Assembly: GCA_040752415.1 (NCBI GenBank)
Contig: JBFMGU010000096.1
Location: forward strand, 1-36,432
Direction of reading: 5' to 3'
Length of the DNA stretch: 36,432 nt
Origin: Myxococcota bacterium
GTDB taxonomy: Bacteria > Myxococcota > JACRCW01
The notes under the pieces were generated by a model. The model was given only the letters and a program-made list of their open reading frames with translations. It did not search any database and was not told the origin of the DNA. Numbering within the stretch: the first letter of the stretch is position 1; every line of letters begins with the position of its first letter. The position numbers and the translations under genes were made by a program. Positions 1 through 7,939 of this stretch are shown piece after piece.

Positions 1-813
1 GTTCACGGCGCCCGCGTAGAGACCGGCGGCCTCCGTCGGCAACGCGCCCAATCCCGCGGCTCTCCGCACCAGCGCCAGGTCCAGGAACATGAGGAGGTTG
101 AGCAGCGCCTGGTAGCCCATGACCCAGCCGCTGAACGAGAGGAACGAGCCGAACGTCAACCGCGTGGCCAGCGGCTCCTTGCCCAGCCCCGTGGCGACGG
201 AAGCGGTCAGCACCGCCATCACCACGGCCGCCACGCCAAATCCCGCCACGGAGCCCTGCGCGCCCAGCCCCAGCGCCGCGCCGGCGAGGATGAAGACCAT
301 CTTGGTCGTCGAGAACCCCATGTCCAGCAGCGCCTGCGCCTTGAAACGCTGCAGCCCGTTGATGATGCCCACCAGCGCTGCGTAGAACGCGTAAGACGTC
401 GTGATGAGCGCGGCGGTCCGCAACAACGGCGTGAGACCCTCGTCGCCAAGCGCGCCCGCGAGCGGAGAGGCCAGCAGCAGCACCAGGCCGCCCGTCACCA
501 GGGATATCGTCGTCACCACCGGCAGGGCTTGCGTACGCACCACGCCAGCGGACTGCGGCGCCTGCGCCACCGCGCGACTCATCCCCTGCAGCAGGCCCTG
601 CACCACCATCATGTTCAGCAGGGAGACCCAGCGGATGGTCACGCCGTAGTCGCCGTATTCCTTGGGCGTGAGCAGGCTGGCCAGGGAAAAGTTCACCACC
701 GCGCCGGTGATGAGGAACACCACCTTGGCAGCGGTGATGAGGAGGGCACCCCGGCCCACCTTGACGGCGGCCTCCGACGGGGGAGCCGCGCTGCGCGCTT
801 GCGCCACGGTCAT
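1..813 (-). CDS. Oligosaccharide/polysaccharide flippase (Wzx/MOP superfamily), runs off the left edge
   Basis: Not in the ORF track (no stop in window). Manual translation from ATG 813: MTVAQARSAAPPSEAAVKVGRGALLITAAKVVFLITGAVVNFSLASLLTPKEYGDYGVT...GIINGLQRFKAQALLD... Multiple TM helices and the LxPxEYGxY motif typical of Wzx-type flippases. Confidence 0.8.
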   Translation of the reverse strand, partial: MTVAQARSAAPPSEAAVKVGRGALLITAAKVVFLITGAVVNFSLASLLTPKEYGDYGVTIRWVSLLNMMVVQGLLQGMSRAVAQAPQSAGVVRTQALPVVTTISLVTGGLVLLLASPLAGALGDEGLTPLLRTAALITTSYAFYAALVGIINGLQRFKAQALLDMGFSTTKMVFILAGAALGLGAQGSVAGFGVAAVVMAVLTASVATGLGKEPLATRLTFGSFLSFSGWVMGYQALLNLLMFLDLALVRRAAGLGALPTEAAGLYAGAVN

Positions 814-886
814 GGTGTGGGCCGCATATCACATCCGGCGCATGCCGGCTGGCGGATTTCGTTTCGGCGCATTAGACGTCGCCACC

Positions 887-1957
887 ATGGCTGAGAACGA
901 GAACACGGCACGTGTGCTGGTGGTGGGGTGTGGCGGCATTGGCGGGATTGTGGCCGCCAACATGGTGGAGATGGGTGTCGACGTCACCTGCGTCACCGGC
1001 AATCCCGCCATTGCCGAGGCGATCAACACCCGCGGCTTCAAGGTCCACGAGGAGGGCGCCGCGCGCACCGTCCAGGGCGCTCACGCCCACGCCAAGCTCC
1101 CCGACGGGGCGGGTCCCTTCGACTTCATCCTCCTCGCCACGCAGCCAACCGAGGTGGAGTCCGCCGCCACCGCCGCCGCGCCGTCGCTCAAGCCCGATGG
1201 GCGCATGGTGTGCTTCCAGAACGGGCTGTGTGAGTGGCGCGTGGCGCGCATCGTCGGCGCGGACCGGACCGTGGGCGGCATTGTGGCGTGGGGCGCGTCC
1301 ATGGTGGAGCCCGGCGTCTACGACCGCACCGCCGCCGGTGGCTTCGTGCTGGGCATGCTGGACGGTCGCGTCGACCCGCGTCTCGAGGAGCTGGGCCGCT
1401 ACCTGGAGGCGGTGGGACCGGTGCAGGTGTCGCACAACCTGCAGGGTGCGCGGTGGAGCAAGCTCGCCATCAACTGCGCCATCAGCGCGCTGGGCACGCT
1501 CGGGGGAGACACGCTCGGGTCGCTGATGACCCATCGTTTCATCCGTCGGCTCTGCCTGGAGCTCATGACGGAGGTGGTGGCGGTGGCCCGTGCGGAGGGT
1601 GTGCGGTTGGAGAAGGTGAGCGGCACCCTGGATCTGGAGTGGATCGCGCTGACCGAGTCGGAGCGCACCATTCCCGGCAGTCCCAACCTCTTTGCCAAGC
1701 ACGGCCTGCTCCTCGCTGTCGGAGCACGTTATCGACGCATGCGCTCGTCCATGCTGCGCGCCATTGAGCGCGGCCGTCCGCCCGCCGTGGACTTCCTCAA
1801 TGGCGAGGTGGTGGAGCGCGCCAAGGCCCACCGCATCCCGGTTCCCGTGAACGCCGCGGCGGTGGAGCACATCCACCAGCTCGCGCGGAAGGAGCTCCAG
1901 CCGTCGTTGGACCTGGCGAAGCGCTTCTTCGAATCCACCGCCCACGTGCGCGGGTGA
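887..1957 (+). CDS. panE: 2-dehydropantoate 2-reductase (ketopantoate reductase, ApbA/PanE family)
   Basis: Rossmann VLVVGCGGIGG, FQNGL, WSKLAINC, RSSMLRAIERGR...DFLNG motifs. ATG 887 chosen because the upstream in-frame part overlaps the divergent flippase gene. Confidence 0.85.
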   Translation: MAENENTARVLVVGCGGIGGIVAANMVEMGVDVTCVTGNPAIAEAINTRGFKVHEEGAARTVQGAHAHAKLPDGAGPFDFILLATQPTEVESAATAAAPSLKPDGRMVCFQNGLCEWRVARIVGADRTVGGIVAWGASMVEPGVYDRTAAGGFVLGMLDGRVDPRLEELGRYLEAVGPVQVSHNLQGARWSKLAINCAISALGTLGGDTLGSLMTHRFIRRLCLELMTEVVAVARAEGVRLEKVSGTLDLEWIALTESERTIPGSPNLFAKHGLLLAVGARYRRMRSSMLRAIERGRPPAVDFLNGEVVERAKAHRIPVPVNAAAVEHIHQLARKELQPSLDLAKRFFESTAHVRG

Positions 1958-2021
1958 CGCCGCGGCGGTTTCGGGTGCGCTCTCACGGGAGAAACGCGCG
2001 GCCGAGCGTTATCCTTGGGCC

Positions 2022-3329
2022 ATGAGCAGTCAGAGCACCGTCCTACCCGCCCGGATCCAGCAGGCCGCGTCGTCCTTTGTGGCGGAGACGGAGCTGGCCG
2101 ACGCGGTGTTGGCGCTGGACCGGGTCCTCACCGGTGGCGAGGTGGACCCCGCGGCCACCCAGACCTGTGAACGCGCCGGTGTCGACATCACGGACCGCGC
2201 CGCGGTGCAGGAGCTGCTGGCCGCGCTCACCACGCGACTCTCGGAGATGACGCAGGGCCGCGCCGGCGCGTTCCAGAGCGCGTTGGAGGCCTATCCGCCC
2301 CCGCAGCGCTTCTCGCTGCCAGCGCTGGCGGAGGTGTTGTGGCCTTCGCTGGAGAACCTGCGGCGCGCGGGACCGGGACACGCCACCAGCAAGGCGGTGC
2401 ATCGCATCATCCAGCAGTACGAGCCGCAGCTCAAAGAGCTGTACCGTCGTCACAGTGGTCGGTCACAGGCCGCGTGGGAGGCCACCTACAAGGCGCTCTC
2501 GCTCCGTCTGCCGCTGCTCTTCTCCCGTTACGCGGAGATCATGGACCGCGAGGATGAGAGCATCACGCGCAAGCTGGCCAGCTCGCCAGAGGGCGTGGGG
2601 GTGATGTGCATGGCCGCGGGACTGCTCACGCTGCGCATGCCGGTCTCCACGCCGTTGGTGTGCGCCACGCTGGGTCTCGTCGGGTATGCGGGGCTGGCGC
2701 CGGTGGTGCAGCGCCTGCAGAACCACCTGAAGGACACCGTCATGGCCACGCTGCGTGCGGAGGATGCGGCCATCCAACAGCTCTCGGAGCGCGGCCCCTC
2801 GTTCACGCTGAGCCAGGTTGTCGAGGAGGTCCGCCCCATCCTGCAGTCCGCCATCCTCGGCGGCACCGACGAGCACGAGGATCTCATGGTCCACGTCGCT
2901 CCCACGCTGGTCCGGCTGCGTGAAGCCGCGGAGCGTCCTGGCGGTCCTGGAGCGGCCTACGCGGACGCCATCGTCGACATCGTCCGCACCAAGTACGTGC
3001 CGCGTTTCCACCGTGTTGCCGTGCAGCTGCGCGAGGCCGCGGAGAGCTCCCTGATGGCCCGCCTGGTCCGCGACCCGGTGGGCGCCGGCATCCTCACCGC
3101 CATTGCCACCTTGCCGCTCACCATCCTGGCGGCCTCGGCCACCCCGCTTCCCTTGTGGGTGGACGCGCCGGCCATGGCCGCGGTGTTCTATTACGGCGGC
3201 GCCACCATCACGCGCCTGCTGTCCTCGCCCGGCCGCCAACTCCATGAGCTGCATCAGTCCATGAAGCAGGAGGAGGCACTCCTGAACGGCCTCTTCCCGG
3301 TGGCGCAGCTTTCACCCGGCGGCGTCTGA
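2022..3329 (+). CDS. Hypothetical membrane protein with an internal two-fold repeat, each copy carrying a hydrophobic hairpin
   Basis: 435 aa ORF with genome-like codon bias; two hydrophobic regions; internal similarity seen by eye (see findings). Confidence 0.7.
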   Translation: MSSQSTVLPARIQQAASSFVAETELADAVLALDRVLTGGEVDPAATQTCERAGVDITDRAAVQELLAALTTRLSEMTQGRAGAFQSALEAYPPPQRFSLPALAEVLWPSLENLRRAGPGHATSKAVHRIIQQYEPQLKELYRRHSGRSQAAWEATYKALSLRLPLLFSRYAEIMDREDESITRKLASSPEGVGVMCMAAGLLTLRMPVSTPLVCATLGLVGYAGLAPVVQRLQNHLKDTVMATLRAEDAAIQQLSERGPSFTLSQVVEEVRPILQSAILGGTDEHEDLMVHVAPTLVRLREAAERPGGPGAAYADAIVDIVRTKYVPRFHRVAVQLREAAESSLMARLVRDPVGAGILTAIATLPLTILAASATPLPLWVDAPAMAAVFYYGGATITRLLSSPGRQLHELHQSMKQEEALLNGLFPVAQLSPGGV

Positions 3330-3350
3330 AACCTCGCGCCCCAACGGGGG

Positions 3351-3535
3351 CCTCTCCCTCTCCCTCTCCCTCTCCCTCTCCCTCTCCCCCTCCCGGAGGG
3401 CCGAGAGGACCTGGTCTCCCCGTCCTCACCGGGCGTCCCATCCGGCCCCTGGGACCACCTGTGTGTCCTGGGAGGGACCGCTGACCCTTCGCTTCGCTTT
3501 CGGGAGGGGGAGGGGGAGAGGGAGAGGGAGAGGGA
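3351..3535. repeat. (CCTCTC)n / (GAGAGG)n inverted repeat, 35-bp arms around a 105-nt spacer
   Basis: Six perfect CCTCTC units at 3351-3386. 3361-3395 matches the reverse complement of 3501-3535 at 34/35 positions. Confidence 0.9.
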
Positions 3536-3647
3536 ACTGCGCCAGTCGCCCTGGGTGCCCGAAACCCCAATGCGCGCAAAGACTTCCGCCAAGTTGCGTC
3601 GTACTTTGTCCTACCCCTGATCCGCGTCGATTTTCCCCGCAACCGAC

Positions 3648-3674
3648 GAAACGCATCCGTCATGGGTCCGATAT
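3648..3674 (+). promoter_or_regulatory. Putative sigma28 (FliA/WhiG)-like promoter upstream of the DUF1521 gene
   Basis: GAAA(3648-3651)-N15-TCCGATAT(3667-3674) versus consensus TAAA-N15-GCCGATAA; AGGAGG RBS at 3735-3740. Confidence 0.4.
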
Positions 3675-3745
3675 TGTGCGTGTCCCTCGGGGCGCGGCAC
3701 ACTGCAGGCCCCGACCCAAACTTCGAGACGGTTCAGGAGGATTCC

Positions 3746-4942
3746 ATGGTTTCCATCGGTGGTGGTCACAGCGCTCTCGCCATGCTGGGTTACACGCCCG
3801 ACGCGCTGCTCGCGTGTCTGAAGACGGGCATCCGCGGCGCGGTCGAGGAGAGCTACCAGCAGGGCTTCCAGGCCGGCCTGCAGACGGCGTTGGCGGGTGG
3901 TGGCTTGGAGGCGCTGGCGCAGATGACCGGCATTCTTCCCGCCGCCGGTGATCTCTCCGCCATGCAGAGCATCCTCGGCCAGCACTCGCCGGCGGAGCTG
4001 GGCGCGTGCACCTGCGGTTCCATTCCGCAGCCCAACGTGGAGCTGAGCGGCGCGCCCGCCGGCAAGGGTCTCAGCAAGGATCCTCCGGGCTTCCCGGCCG
4101 GCTCGGTCCGCACCGCTGGCGGCTACACCGTGGTGCCGGAGGGTGGCACCAGCTGGAAGATCTTTGGACCGGACCAGAAGCCCGGCGACAAGCCCATCAC
4201 GCACGTGCACGGTGACCCGCACGTCGACGAGAAGGACGGCACCCGCTGGGACTTCACCAAGAACAGCGACTTCGTCCTCCCCGACGGCACGCGCATCAAC
4301 TGCAAGACCAGCAGTGAGAAGGGCTACAGCGTGTCCACCGGCCTGGAGATCACCAACGGCGCGGACCGCGTGAGCGTCAGCGGCGTGGACGGCCGGCCCT
4401 CCACCAGCGAGGTCAGGCACGACGGCTACGAGTGGCGCGCCCAGCACCTGGCCTCCAACCCCAACCGCGACACCTTCCGCCTCGGCGGCGACGGCGACGA
4501 CTGGTTCCTGGAGAAGGGCGGCAAGAACCTCGGCGAGATCAAGGGCGCGCACATGGACCACGCCACCGGCGCCTATGTGCAGCACACCGACGGCAAGGGC
4601 TACAACATCGACCCGAACCTCAAGCCGCCGTTCGGCTCCGAGGCCTGGGGCAACATGCTGCGCAATGAGTCCATTGACTTCATTGCCGGCCGCCTGGGCC
4701 TGGACCCGCAGAGCGCGCGCGACATCGGCAGCCTCTTCCACGCGGAGCACAGCACCAGCCAGTACATGCAGTCGCTGGAGACGCTGGCGGCGTACGCCGG
4801 TCCGTTCGGCGGGCTCAAGATGCTCTTTGATGGCCCCGGTGAGGCGTTCAATGCCGTCTCCAACATGGGCGACGCGCTCAACAGCCTCATGAGCCTCAAC
4901 CGCGACCTGCATCTCCGTCGCGCCATGCACTTCCTCGCCTGA
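3746..4942 (+). CDS. DUF1521 / MIIA (metal ion-inducible autocleavage) domain protein
   Basis: Strong RBS AGGAGG before ATG 3746. Central THVHGDPHVDEKDGTRWDFTKNSDFVLPDGTRINCKT matches the DUF1521 pattern (GDPH...WDF...F.L.DGT.I). No Sec signal peptide. Confidence 0.75.
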   Translation: MVSIGGGHSALAMLGYTPDALLACLKTGIRGAVEESYQQGFQAGLQTALAGGGLEALAQMTGILPAAGDLSAMQSILGQHSPAELGACTCGSIPQPNVELSGAPAGKGLSKDPPGFPAGSVRTAGGYTVVPEGGTSWKIFGPDQKPGDKPITHVHGDPHVDEKDGTRWDFTKNSDFVLPDGTRINCKTSSEKGYSVSTGLEITNGADRVSVSGVDGRPSTSEVRHDGYEWRAQHLASNPNRDTFRLGGDGDDWFLEKGGKNLGEIKGAHMDHATGAYVQHTDGKGYNIDPNLKPPFGSEAWGNMLRNESIDFIAGRLGLDPQSARDIGSLFHAEHSTSQYMQSLETLAAYAGPFGGLKMLFDGPGEAFNAVSNMGDALNSLMSLNRDLHLRRAMHFLA

Positions 4943-4956
4943 TCTTCCCGACGAGA

Positions 4957-4991
4957 ACGCGCGCGCAGCCCGAGCTCCACCGCGCGCGCGT
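4957..4991 (+). other. GC-rich stem-loop just after the DUF1521 gene (possible terminator or stability hairpin)
   Basis: ACGCGCGCGC (4957-4966) pairs with GCGCGCGCGT (4982-4991); no U-tract. Confidence 0.3.
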
Positions 4992-5135
4992 CCGTCCGCT
5001 CCCACCCCACAACCAGGCTCTCCTGCGAGGCCAAACCCGCAACGCCTGCGCCGTGACGCCGTGCGCGCCACCCAGGTCGGCTTGCGCGTCGCCGGGGCGG
5101 CCTGCCATGCATGCGCGTGAGATCTGGAGGTGTCC

Positions 5136-5864
5136 GTGTCCCAGAAGAAAGCTGGCGGCCCATCCGCCAAGAAGCCCGCAGGTCCCGCCAAGCCCGCGCC
5201 CGCCGCTGCTGCGGTGTCGACGGAGCCACCCAAGCGCGTCGCGTTCGACCGTGAGCGGCTTGAGGCATTCATCCTCGGTCGCATCACGCTGGGTGAGATG
5301 GAGGGGATCGGCAAGGACCTGCAGTATGAGATGGCCAAGAAGGGCTTCCGCGTCCTCAATGAAGGCAAGCTCGACATGGCGCGCGGCATCTTCCGCGGCC
5401 TCCTCGCGCTGGACCCGTTTGACAGCTACTTCCACACCGCGCTGGGCGCCGTGCTGCAGCGTGAAGGCAAGTACCCGGAGAGCGACGAGGCCTACTCCCA
5501 CGCCATCCAGTTCAACCCGTACAACTCCACCGCGTTCGCCAACCGCGGTGAGGTGCGTCTGCAGCTGGGGCGCGTGATGGAGGCGGCGGAGGACATCAAG
5601 AAGGCCGTGGCCCTGGATCCCAAGGGCAAGGACCCCGCCACGCTGCGCGCGCGGGTGCTCTCCGTGGCCATCTCCGAGGTCATCCGCGACAACCAGCAGG
5701 CCATCCTCGCCGAGCTCAAGAAGGTGCAGGCCAAGGCTCCCGCCAAGCCCGGCGCGGTGCAGAAGCCGCCCGCCGGGAAGGGCGCTCCCGCCGCCAAGCC
5801 GGGTGCCAAGCCCGCCGCCAAGCCCGCTGCCGCCAAACCTGCGGTCCCGGCCAAGAAGAAGTAG
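5136..5864 (+). CDS. TPR protein resembling SycD/LcrH (class II type III secretion chaperone), with Lys/Ala/Pro-rich tails
   Basis: GGAGG RBS before GTG 5136. Core ITLGEMEGIGKDLQYEMAKKGF...GKLDMARGIFRGLLALDPFDSYFHTALGAVLQ...YSHAIQFNP...ANRGEVRLQLG...AVALDP gives three TPRs with the SycD-like TL+++GI lead-in. Confidence 0.7.
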   Translation: MSQKKAGGPSAKKPAGPAKPAPAAAAVSTEPPKRVAFDRERLEAFILGRITLGEMEGIGKDLQYEMAKKGFRVLNEGKLDMARGIFRGLLALDPFDSYFHTALGAVLQREGKYPESDEAYSHAIQFNPYNSTAFANRGEVRLQLGRVMEAAEDIKKAVALDPKGKDPATLRARVLSVAISEVIRDNQQAILAELKKVQAKAPAKPGAVQKPPAGKGAPAAKPGAKPAAKPAAAKPAVPAKKK

Positions 5865-5909
5865 TCCCCGCGGTTGCGTTCATTGCAGGGATGGCGGGAC
5901 ATTGCCGCC

Positions 5910-6962
5910 ATGTCCGCACCCCCCTCCAGTTCAGGGCTCTCCACGCGCGCCAAGGCCCGGCTCATCTTCCTTGGGATCCTCGCGCTGCTGGGGTTGCTCG
6001 GGTTCAACACCAGCTTCGACTACGTCCAGCCCTTTGAGGTGGGCATCAAGGAGTCCCGCTACGCGGGCGGCATCCAGCAGGAGTCGCTTGGCGGGGGACG
6101 CTGGTACCTCACCGGCCCCGGCGTCTACGTGCACCGCTTCCCCATCACCGTGCAGGCCGTGGAGTTCACCGGTGTCCAGGACACCGCGCGCACGCCCAAC
6201 ACGTATACCGCCGCGCGCGTGGAGGTGGACACCCAGGACGGCTCCAAGATGCACGCCGACGTCACCGTCCTCTACCGCGTCACCGACGCGTACAAGGTGT
6301 TCAGGGAGTTCGGCCCCGGCCGCGGTTATGAGAACAACGCCGTGGTGCCGCGCGCGCAGGCCGCCCTCAAGGAGAACCTCGGCAAGCTGCTGGCGGAGGA
6401 CTTCTACAACGAGGAGCTGCGTCTCAAGCAGACCCACGCCGCGCTCCTGGACATGCGACCCAAGCTCGAGCAGAGCGGAATCCACGTCGAGCACGTGCTC
6501 ATCCGGCAGTACTACTACAACAAGGACTACCAGCGTCAGATTGAGAGCCGGAAGGTGCAGGACCAGCTGGTGTTCACCCAGCAGTCGCGCGCGGAGAGCG
6601 CCAAGCAGGATGCGCTCCGACGGAAGATCGTCGCCGAGGGGGAAGCGGCGGTGGGCGTGGAGAAGCGGCGCGGAGAGGCGGAGATCACCCGGATCCAGGC
6701 GGAAGCCTCCCTGTACGCGCGCAAGAAGCGGGCGGAAGGTGACCTGCTGGTGGCGCTGGCCCAGGCGCGCGGCACGGAGCTGGAGAACGCCGCGTATGAG
6801 GGCGTTGGCAGCGAAAACATCGTCGCGGAGAACATGGCGGAGGTGCTCAAGGGCATGGACGTCATCGTCCTCTCCGACACCGGCAAGAACGGCGGCTTCA
6901 ATCCGCTGGACGTGGACGCGCTGCTCAAGATGTTCGGCGCGCGCGCGGGAGGTACCCCATGA
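5910..6962 (+). CDS. SPFH/Band 7/prohibitin-domain membrane protein
   Basis: N-terminal TM helix, YVQPFEVGIK, DTQDGSKMHADVTVLYRV, C-terminal AEGEA/AEA coiled coil. Confidence 0.85.
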   Translation: MSAPPSSSGLSTRAKARLIFLGILALLGLLGFNTSFDYVQPFEVGIKESRYAGGIQQESLGGGRWYLTGPGVYVHRFPITVQAVEFTGVQDTARTPNTYTAARVEVDTQDGSKMHADVTVLYRVTDAYKVFREFGPGRGYENNAVVPRAQAALKENLGKLLAEDFYNEELRLKQTHAALLDMRPKLEQSGIHVEHVLIRQYYYNKDYQRQIESRKVQDQLVFTQQSRAESAKQDALRRKIVAEGEAAVGVEKRRGEAEITRIQAEASLYARKKRAEGDLLVALAQARGTELENAAYEGVGSENIVAENMAEVLKGMDVIVLSDTGKNGGFNPLDVDALLKMFGARAGGTP

Positions 6963-7939
6963 GGGCCGCGCTGTTGCTCGTTGTGCTGGCCGTGGGCTGC
7001 GTGCCCTATTCCACCGCGCCCAATGAGGTGGGCGTGCGCGTCAACAAGATCACCGGCGTGGATAGCCGAGTCCATCCGCCCGGCGGGACCTATTTCTTCG
7101 CGCCGTTCATCACCGACTGGTACACGTTCAACACGCGCACCGTGGCCCTGGAGATGACGGCCAAGGGCACCGGCGACGCCGAGGACGTGGAGTTCAAGAC
7201 ACGCGACGGTAATGACGTGGCGGTGGACGTGACGGTGCTCTACCACATTGACCCCGCCAAGGCGGTGGACATCCTCACCAAGGGGGCTCGCAATGACGAG
7301 GAGCTGCGTGAAGTCCTCATCCGCCCGCTCGCCCGCGCCATCCCCCGCGACGCGCTCAACGGCCTCACCAGCGAGGACATCTACACCAGCAAGAAGTTCG
7401 ACGCGGCGCGCGAGGCCGTGGAGAAGCTGAACGCGGTGCTGGCCACCTATGGGGTCGTCGTGGAGTCCGTGAACCTGGGGGACCACCGCTTCCACGGCGA
7501 GTACCAGAAGGCCATCAATGACAAGAAGGTGTTTGACCAGGAAGTGAACACCAACCGCTCCGCCGCGGAGAACGCCAAGCGCGAGTGGGAGGCCAACCTG
7601 GAGCGCACCCGTGGCGACGTGGAACAGTCCATTGCCACCGAGCGCGGCGCCGCGGAGCAGAGCAACCTGGAGGCGGACGCGTACTACTACGCCAAGCAGA
7701 AGGAGGCGGAGGCCATCCTGGCCGAGAAGGAAGCCCGCGCCAAAGGCATCCGCAAGCTCAAGGAGGCCATGTCCGGCACCGGCGGGCGCACGCGCATCAA
7801 GATGAAGATCGCGGAGGCCCTGCGCGGCAAGCGCATCGTCGTGGTGCCTACGTCCACCGGCAGCGGCGTTTCCATCAACAAGCTGGACGTCAATGACCTC
7901 ATCCAGCAGTCCGTGACCCGGGAGGCATCCACGCCGTGA
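6959..7939 (+). CDS. SPFH/Band 7 domain protein, predicted lipoprotein
   Basis: ATGA overlap with the previous gene; lipobox-like LAVGC; PNEVGVRV, TRDGNDVAVDVTVLYHIDP; C-terminal coiled coil. Confidence 0.85.
   Translation: MRAALLLVVLAVGCVPYSTAPNEVGVRVNKITGVDSRVHPPGGTYFFAPFITDWYTFNTRTVALEMTAKGTGDAEDVEFKTRDGNDVAVDVTVLYHIDPAKAVDILTKGARNDEELREVLIRPLARAIPRDALNGLTSEDIYTSKKFDAAREAVEKLNAVLATYGVVVESVNLGDHRFHGEYQKAINDKKVFDQEVNTNRSAAENAKREWEANLERTRGDVEQSIATERGAAEQSNLEADAYYYAKQKEAEAILAEKEARAKGIRKLKEAMSGTGGRTRIKMKIAEALRGKRIVVVPTSTGSGVSINKLDVNDLIQQSVTREASTP

Noticed and set aside
662..886. N-terminal extension of the ketopantoate reductase ORF
   Set aside because: It overlaps the divergent flippase gene; the Rossmann motif starts right after ATG 887. 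Similar over-extensions were trimmed for the ORFs at 16225, 23363, 32597 and 15308.
3208..3951. Short ORFs with GEGEGE, GRGRGR or SPSPSP runs
   Set aside because: These are translations of the hexamer inverted repeat, with no RBS or coding bias; treated as non-coding.
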